The notes under the pieces: generated by a model
Told to the model about the DNA's origin: nothing
What the model saw: the letters and a program-made list of their open reading frames with translations, nothing else
Database searches by the model: none
Shown: piece after piece, positions 7,611 through 12,166 of the stretch
Layout: each line of letters starts with the position of its first letter
How positions within the stretch are numbered: the stretch's first letter is position 1
Program-made: the position numbers and the translations under genes
NCBI GenBank assembly: GCA_016839365.1
Contig: JAEOUH010000050.1
Span: 1-12,166 of the forward strand
Length of the DNA: 12,166 nt
Reading direction: 5' to 3'
Origin: Candidatus Hermodarchaeota archaeon
GTDB lineage: Archaea > Asgardarchaeota > Hermodarchaeia > Hermodarchaeales > Hermodarchaeaceae

Positions 7611-8225
7611 ATGTCAGATCAAAGCGTTCCCATGTTGTGGCGACGAATTAAAAACGTCTATAACCTCGTCGGTCGACACTGCCGAACCTGCAATACGAAA
7701 TACTTCCCCCCTATTCCCCTGTGTCCAAAATGCCGCAGAAAAACAGACTTCGTTGAAACCCAGTTTTCTGGGCTAGGTAAAATCTACTCTTATACGATTA
7801 TCCATGATCCACCAGCTGGATTCAAGGACCTTGCACCTTATGTAATGGCATTAGTCCGCTTGGATGAAGGCCCCCTAGTGCTTTCCCAAATCGTGGATGC
7901 TGACCATGATCAAATTAAAATCGGAATGAGCGTCCAAGTGGTCTTTCGCCGGATTGGCGATGCTGGTCGCACTGGTGTTTTACGCTATGCATACAAGTTC
8001 CGTTCCCTCCCCGAGTATGCCACTGGGCACTTCATTGCCTCAGTAGATGGCGAAGATGGTGTCGTCCATCTGGAAGTACCCATGGGAGAACGAAAACGCC
8101 GATCCGTGCGGGCATCACTCCAAGATGCCTATGAACGAGGGAAACGTCGCCTTCGTCGAGAAAAGAATCAAAACGAAACCAACAATGAAACAGCTGAAAA
8201 GCCGAATCAAAGCAAAGGCGAATAG
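7611..8225 (+). CDS. DUF35-family Zn-ribbon/OB-fold protein (thiolase-HMG-CoA synthase scaffold) with C-terminal extension
   Basis: WR..YNLVGRHCRTC...YFPP..LCPKC zinc ribbon, GKIYSYTII, PYVMALVRLDEG, IGMSVQVVFRR, YAYKFR. SD aggtga at 7599-7604. Directly follows the thiolase, as in the established archaeal cluster. Confidence 0.92.
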   Translation: MSDQSVPMLWRRIKNVYNLVGRHCRTCNTKYFPPIPLCPKCRRKTDFVETQFSGLGKIYSYTIIHDPPAGFKDLAPYVMALVRLDEGPLVLSQIVDADHDQIKIGMSVQVVFRRIGDAGRTGVLRYAYKFRSLPEYATGHFIASVDGEDGVVHLEVPMGERKRRSVRASLQDAYERGKRRLRREKNQNETNNETAEKPNQSKGE

Positions 8226-8247
8226 CCTCCCTTCCGCTTCAGCATAG

Positions 8248-8291
8248 TATTTTTCCTTAATTAAGAGTTCTTGAACCACGCATTTTATAAG
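8248..8291 (+). promoter_or_regulatory. T-tract (possible terminator of the mevalonate operon) followed by a putative TATA box for the acylase
   Basis: ttttt at 8250-8254; ttttataa at 8283-8290. Confidence 0.45.
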
Positions 8292-8356
8292 TTGGAAGTA
8301 GGGGATGTTCGCTCCAGCGTCACCCAATACCTGAGGAGCGCCTTGGGGGTTTATGC

Positions 8357-10777
8357 ATGCCTGGTCAGCGAAGGGTTTTCAATTGTAGAACAATCACAGT
8401 CATTCTCGTCAGCTCCCTAATTCTCGGGATGTTGGTGAGTATAGTTCCGTGGCTCCAACCTAATGGAGGACTCTGGGCGGATATTTCCTGGGCTAACCTT
8501 CCCCCTTATTCAAATGAAAATATTGAGGGACTCAACGGGGAAGTTCATATTGTTCGGGATGTTTGGGGAGTCGCTCAAATTCATGCCACTGACATTAACG
8601 ATTTGTATCTAGCCTGTGGGTATGCTCACGCCCAGGACCGACTGTTCCAATTGGATCTGTATCGTCGCATCGCGAAAGGCAGATTGTCTGAGATCTTTGG
8701 GCAAACCTATATTGAATTGGATACATTCCATCGCCACCTTGGTTTTGGAGCTATGGCGAATGCCTCCGTCCTCCTTTTGGAGCCGACTGTTCTATCGTTG
8801 CTGAAAAGTTATGCTGTTGGAATCAACCGATTTTTGGAGACTATGGGATCAAACATCCCCTTGGAATTTCGAAGCCTTGGGTACTTACCTGAACCATGGA
8901 ATGAAACCGATTCATTGAGTATTGAACGGTACATGGCTTGGCAGCTCTCCGCCAGCAATGCTTTTCAAGATCTCATGATGGCTGATTTAATTGACGCTTA
9001 TGGAGCCGACCTCGTTTTTACTGACCTGTTTCCGGAGGTGCAGTATAACGATAGTTTCATTGTACCAAGTCCCATGCTTCCAGCCTCATTAAAAACTGCA
9101 GCCAAATCGCTAGCTCAACGACTGGAAGACCTGCAGAAGCTGAATCCTGCACCCCTCTCCGCTAGTGGAAGTAATGCTTGGGTTGTAGATGGGACACATA
9201 CCACTACGGGGGCTCCGATGTTAGCAAGCGATCCCCACTTCTCACTGACGTTACCTCCACTTTGGTATGAGGTGCAACTGGTAGCCCCGGGGCATAACGT
9301 CGCGGGTATCACTTACACCGGAATTCCCTTCGTATATCAAGGGCATAATCCTGACATTGCATGGGCCTGGACAGGAATGTTTTCCGATGTGAGTGACTTC
9401 TACTATTACTCATGGAACCCTAGTAATCCAGACCAGTATTGGTGGAATAACAACTGGTACACAGTCGACAAGCGTAACACTACCATTTGGGTGCGAGTAG
9501 ATGGGCAATTTCTGCCCGAGGAGATCACTCTCAATTACACTGTACATGGCCCACTCTTCACTGAAGATACTGGACGATTTGCCTTGAAATGGGTTGGAGC
9601 CAATAGTTCACAAACCACTGAAGCCTTCTATGAATTGGGGCTAGCCACGAATCACGCAAGCTTCCTAGCGGCAATTCAACAGATCGATTGCCCTAACCTA
9701 AACTTTCTCTATGCAGACACTGTGGGCAACATTGCCTATCATGCTGCTGTTGCTCAGCCCATTCGCGGACCAGGGTTAGGTCCGGTCCCCCTCAATGGAT
9801 CAACAAATACAACCGGATGGCAAGGATTCATCCCCTTCAATCAGCTCCCTCAAAGCTTGAATCCCTCAACAGGTTTTCTGGTAACAGCGAACAATCGTCC
9901 CGTAAATTCAAGTTACCTCTACTATCTGGGATACGATTTCGCAGCACCCTATCGGGCAAATCGTCTAACCGAGTTATTGAACACCTCAACTCCTCTAGAC
10001 ATGGCAGATATGGGTGTTATACAGCAGGATGTCCTCTCACTGCATGCCTTGGCAATTAAAGATATAGTCGCCAGTGTTGTCCTTGCACAGGTCTCTGAGT
10101 CAGAGGACCCAATTTTACATGCGGCAGCAACTGCGCTCCAAGACTGGGATGGAGTCGTCCATACAGGTAGTGTCGCCGCGACTATCTGGACTAGTTTTTC
10201 ACCGAACTTCATGAATGCCACTTTTTTTGATGAATATGATGCTGCAGGAACCCCTGATGGACCTTATCCATCTATGAGCGTTCTTGATAATCACACAATC
10301 ATCAACTATGGCCATTGGTTCGATGACATTAACCAACCAGGTACACAAACGCGTGATGACATCATCCTCGCAACGTTCGAAGAGACCATTGACTTCCTGA
10401 CTCTCAATCTGGGTCCTGATACTAATCTTTGGCAATATGGTCGTATCCACATTTTGTGGGTGCAATTTGCGTTATCCGATGCTTTCACGTACCTTAATGC
10501 TCCACGATTTCCGGTCAATGGGAGTGAATACACCGTCAACTATGCCCCCGGTTACATGGTCTCGATTGGTGCCAGCTATCGTCTCATCATAGATACCGAT
10601 GATTTCCAAAATTGCCTTGGAGTGCTCCCTGGTGGCCAACGGGCAAACGGGTATGCTCGAAATTTCATGGACCAACTAGGCTTATGGGTTATCGGTGAAT
10701 ACCATCGCCTACCATATCCTGCGCATCTCGGGGAAATAACCGAGTTTGCCTCCCTTGTCCTTCTCATTCCGGGGTGA
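8357..10777 (+). CDS. Penicillin acylase family protein (Ntn hydrolase, peptidase S45), N-terminally membrane-anchored/exported
   Basis: N-terminal hydrophobic helix; alpha-chain motifs IVRDVWGVAQIHA and GYAHAQDRLFQLD..RR..GRLSEIFG; autoprocessing site GSNAW with nucleophile Ser272 (9170-9172); ASDPH, GHN..IAW, TVHGP, NFLYAD..GNI, TANN, PGGQ; about a dozen N-x-S/T sequons. Confidence 0.94.
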   Translation: MPGQRRVFNCRTITVILVSSLILGMLVSIVPWLQPNGGLWADISWANLPPYSNENIEGLNGEVHIVRDVWGVAQIHATDINDLYLACGYAHAQDRLFQLDLYRRIAKGRLSEIFGQTYIELDTFHRHLGFGAMANASVLLLEPTVLSLLKSYAVGINRFLETMGSNIPLEFRSLGYLPEPWNETDSLSIERYMAWQLSASNAFQDLMMADLIDAYGADLVFTDLFPEVQYNDSFIVPSPMLPASLKTAAKSLAQRLEDLQKLNPAPLSASGSNAWVVDGTHTTTGAPMLASDPHFSLTLPPLWYEVQLVAPGHNVAGITYTGIPFVYQGHNPDIAWAWTGMFSDVSDFYYYSWNPSNPDQYWWNNNWYTVDKRNTTIWVRVDGQFLPEEITLNYTVHGPLFTEDTGRFALKWVGANSSQTTEAFYELGLATNHASFLAAIQQIDCPNLNFLYADTVGNIAYHAAVAQPIRGPGLGPVPLNGSTNTTGWQGFIPFNQLPQSLNPSTGFLVTANNRPVNSSYLYYLGYDFAAPYRANRLTELLNTSTPLDMADMGVIQQDVLSLHALAIKDIVASVVLAQVSESEDPILHAAATALQDWDGVVHTGSVAATIWTSFSPNFMNATFFDEYDAAGTPDGPYPSMSVLDNHTIINYGHWFDDINQPGTQTRDDIILATFEETIDFLTLNLGPDTNLWQYGRIHILWVQFALSDAFTYLNAPRFPVNGSEYTVNYAPGYMVSIGASYRLIIDTDDFQNCLGVLPGGQRANGYARNFMDQLGLWVIGEYHRLPYPAHLGEITEFASLVLLIPG

Positions 10778-10781
10778 TTCC

Positions 10782-11285
10782 ATGTCAAGTAGTTATATGG
10801 AAAATCTAAGAGCCTTCCTGCGAACGAAGCACAACGTTTTCATTGGTTTGGCCGTCTGTTTCTTCCTCGCGATGTTAATTCAATTGACAGGGCAAGGTAT
10901 TCTTATTGTTATCGCTGGGATCTTAACTGGATTTCTCATGAAGAGAACCTATCGAGCCATTCTGATTAGCTTTCTTGCAGGGTTTCTTGCGTGGCTTGCG
11001 CTCTTTGGTGTGCTGGCGTTTAACTATAGCAATGCTTTCATCAACGCCTGGATTCTTGTGGGACAAGCATTCCCCGCACCACAGCTCTTCGTCTGCCTGA
11101 TTGCTGGTGTTATAACAGGCGTCGGAGCACAACTTGGTGCACTTTTCGCAGATATTGCTTATCCAACCTTGGATGACTTGGGTCTTCCACCAGGACCTGA
11201 ACGCATTCCTACCGAAGAACTGCCAAAACGAAAACGTGTCAAACGCAAAGAAACCAAGCGTAAGAAAAAGAAAAAGCGGTACTAG
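10782..11285 (+). CDS. Uncharacterised ~4-TM membrane protein with polybasic C-terminal tail
   Basis: SD ggggtga (10771-10777) overlaps the acylase stop and supports ATG 10782 (167 aa). Gly/Ala-rich hydrophobic segments, then LPPGPERIP and KRKRVKRKETKRKKKKKRY. Confidence 0.8.
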   Translation: MSSSYMENLRAFLRTKHNVFIGLAVCFFLAMLIQLTGQGILIVIAGILTGFLMKRTYRAILISFLAGFLAWLALFGVLAFNYSNAFINAWILVGQAFPAPQLFVCLIAGVITGVGAQLGALFADIAYPTLDDLGLPPGPERIPTEELPKRKRVKRKETKRKKKKKRY

Positions 11286-11320
11286 CGTGCTCCAGCACAC
11301 AGCGAAATTGTAAACATCGG

Positions 11321-11358
11321 AAGACACATATAAACATACACAGGTGCGGCTAGGAGGT
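11321..11358 (+). promoter_or_regulatory. Putative TATA box and Shine-Dalgarno of the HEAT-repeat gene
   Basis: atataaac at 11328-11335; AGGAGGT at 11352-11358, 7 nt before ATG 11366. Confidence 0.6.
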
Positions 11359-11365
11359 TTCTAGT

Positions 11366-11995
11366 ATGCGCAAATCCGAATCTAACGATCCAAATTCCTT
11401 GGAACTAACAAAACAAGTGCAAACCAAGATCCAGCAACTTTCAGACAAAGACTCAGAGATTCGGCGATTGGCTATCCGACACCTAGGACAGCTAGGCCCC
11501 ATCGCTGCCCCCGCCCTCCCTAACTTGCGGTCTGCTCTATCTGATTCTGATTTTCGAATTCGCCTCGAAGCAGCCATTGCCATTGGTTTCATCGGCAACC
11601 AAAGTGAGACTCAATATCTACTCACCCTACTGGACGATAATGTGGAAGCTGTACGTTTTCAAACCATCAGCGCCATCGCTTTTCTCAAGGATTCCAAAGC
11701 TACGCCCATCCTCATCTGTCAATATGAACAGGAGACTATTCGCATACAAGATCAAATTTTACGGGCTTTGGGGCATTTAGGGGGTCCCGAAGCGTACTCG
11801 TTGCTTGTACGGGAACTAGGCGCTGAGAATCCAATCGTTCGAACAGGAGCAGTGGTTGGACTCAGTTTTTTCGGTGATTCACGCGCGACTCCTCTTCTCA
11901 AAAAGGTTGCAGAGACTGATTCTGATGAGATTGTGGCCCATGAAGCAAGGATTGCTTTACTTCATCTACATGACATGAATCAGCAAGGCAAATAG
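11366..11995 (+). CDS. HEAT-repeat (PBS lyase HEAT-like) protein
   Basis: About six ~31-aa repeats of L-x-D...(V/I)R..A...LG (LSDKDSEIRRLAIRHLG; LSDSDFRIRLEAAIAIG; LDDNVEAVRFQTISAIA; LGAENPIVRTGAVVGLS). Strong SD. Confidence 0.9.
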   Translation: MRKSESNDPNSLELTKQVQTKIQQLSDKDSEIRRLAIRHLGQLGPIAAPALPNLRSALSDSDFRIRLEAAIAIGFIGNQSETQYLLTLLDDNVEAVRFQTISAIAFLKDSKATPILICQYEQETIRIQDQILRALGHLGGPEAYSLLVRELGAENPIVRTGAVVGLSFFGDSRATPLLKKVAETDSDEIVAHEARIALLHLHDMNQQGK

Positions 11996-12007
11996 CATGA
12001 CTTGAAA

Positions 12008-12049
12008 TGAAATATCACTTCACGAAAAAAAACTATTTCAGAGAAAAAT
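12008..12049 (-). terminator. Oligo-T terminator for the minus-strand gene in the convergent intergenic region
   Basis: A8 at 12025-12032 and A5 at 12044-12048 on + (T-tracts on -). A 7-bp inverted repeat tgaaata (12008-12014)/tatttca (12034-12040) flanks the A8. Confidence 0.5.
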
Positions 12050-12086
12050 GGTGGGTGGAAGATCACGTAGTATCATCCAGCCCAAG

Positions 12087-12166
12087 TTACGCTGCTTCGT
12101 TGGTAAGCAGCTGCCGACCTTTATCCGTCAAATCGAACCAGACATGGTATACGCCTCGTCGTTCGT
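12087..12166 (-). CDS. C-terminal fragment of a probable winged-helix protein (MarR/PadR-like wing motif), truncated by the window end
   Basis: Minus frame from 12164 reads ERRGVYHVWFDLTDKGRQLLTNEAA* (stop 12087-12089). R...LTxKG..L is typical of winged-helix C-termini. Only 25 codons are visible. Confidence 0.55.
   Translation of the reverse strand, partial: ERRGVYHVWFDLTDKGRQLLTNEAA

Noticed and set aside
5382-7612. Long antisense or alternative-frame ORFs (5387-5857 -, 5662-6201 +, 6932-7612 -)
   Set aside because: They lie over well-supported conserved genes and lack motifs or credible start signals.
5364-8225. PhlABC-like (phloroglucinol acetyltransferase) secondary-metabolite cluster
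   Set aside because: Same three families, but the first gene keeps the HMG-CoA synthase Glu/Cys/His catalytic set and archaeal signature motifs, and no PhlD-type polyketide synthase is present. The standard mevalonate module is the simpler reading.
8299-8346. Fluoride-riboswitch-like look (ggggatg...ctgagga)
   Set aside because: The conserved GAUGA and the pseudoknot complementarity are missing, and the downstream gene is not fluoride-related.
10746-10781. TTG start for the membrane protein
   Set aside because: Overlaps the acylase 3' end; ATG 10782 has a well-placed GGGGTGA SD.
10923-11327. 134-aa Cys-containing minus-strand ORF
   Set aside because: Antisense to the membrane protein, with no coherent metal-binding spacing or RBS.

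Overview
Gene-dense archaeal window. Evidence for archaea: TATA-like promoters, GGAGG/GGTGA ribosome-binding sites, the archaeal HMG-CoA synthase/thiolase/DUF35 trio and N-glycosylation sequon-rich surface proteins. An Asgard-type lineage is plausible from the surface-protein architecture, but that is inference only. Gene order: 3' part of a large single-pass surface glycoprotein (+, open from base 1); ADP-forming acyl-CoA synthetase alpha subunit (-); flavodiiron protein FprA (+); HMG-CoA synthase-thiolase-DUF35 operon (+, upper mevalonate pathway); membrane-anchored penicillin-acylase-family Ntn hydrolase with a closely coupled 4-TM protein ending in a polybasic tail (+); HEAT-repeat protein (+); C-terminal fragment of a probable winged-helix protein (-). 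I saw no RNA genes, CRISPR arrays or mobile elements. Most of the window is recognisable metabolism. The least explained parts are the receptor-like cytoplasmic tail of the surface protein (duplicated 40-aa helical module around a Pro-rich linker), the 73-aa extension on DUF35, the acylase/polybasic membrane protein pair, and a 15-bp tandem repeat upstream of the mevalonate operon.
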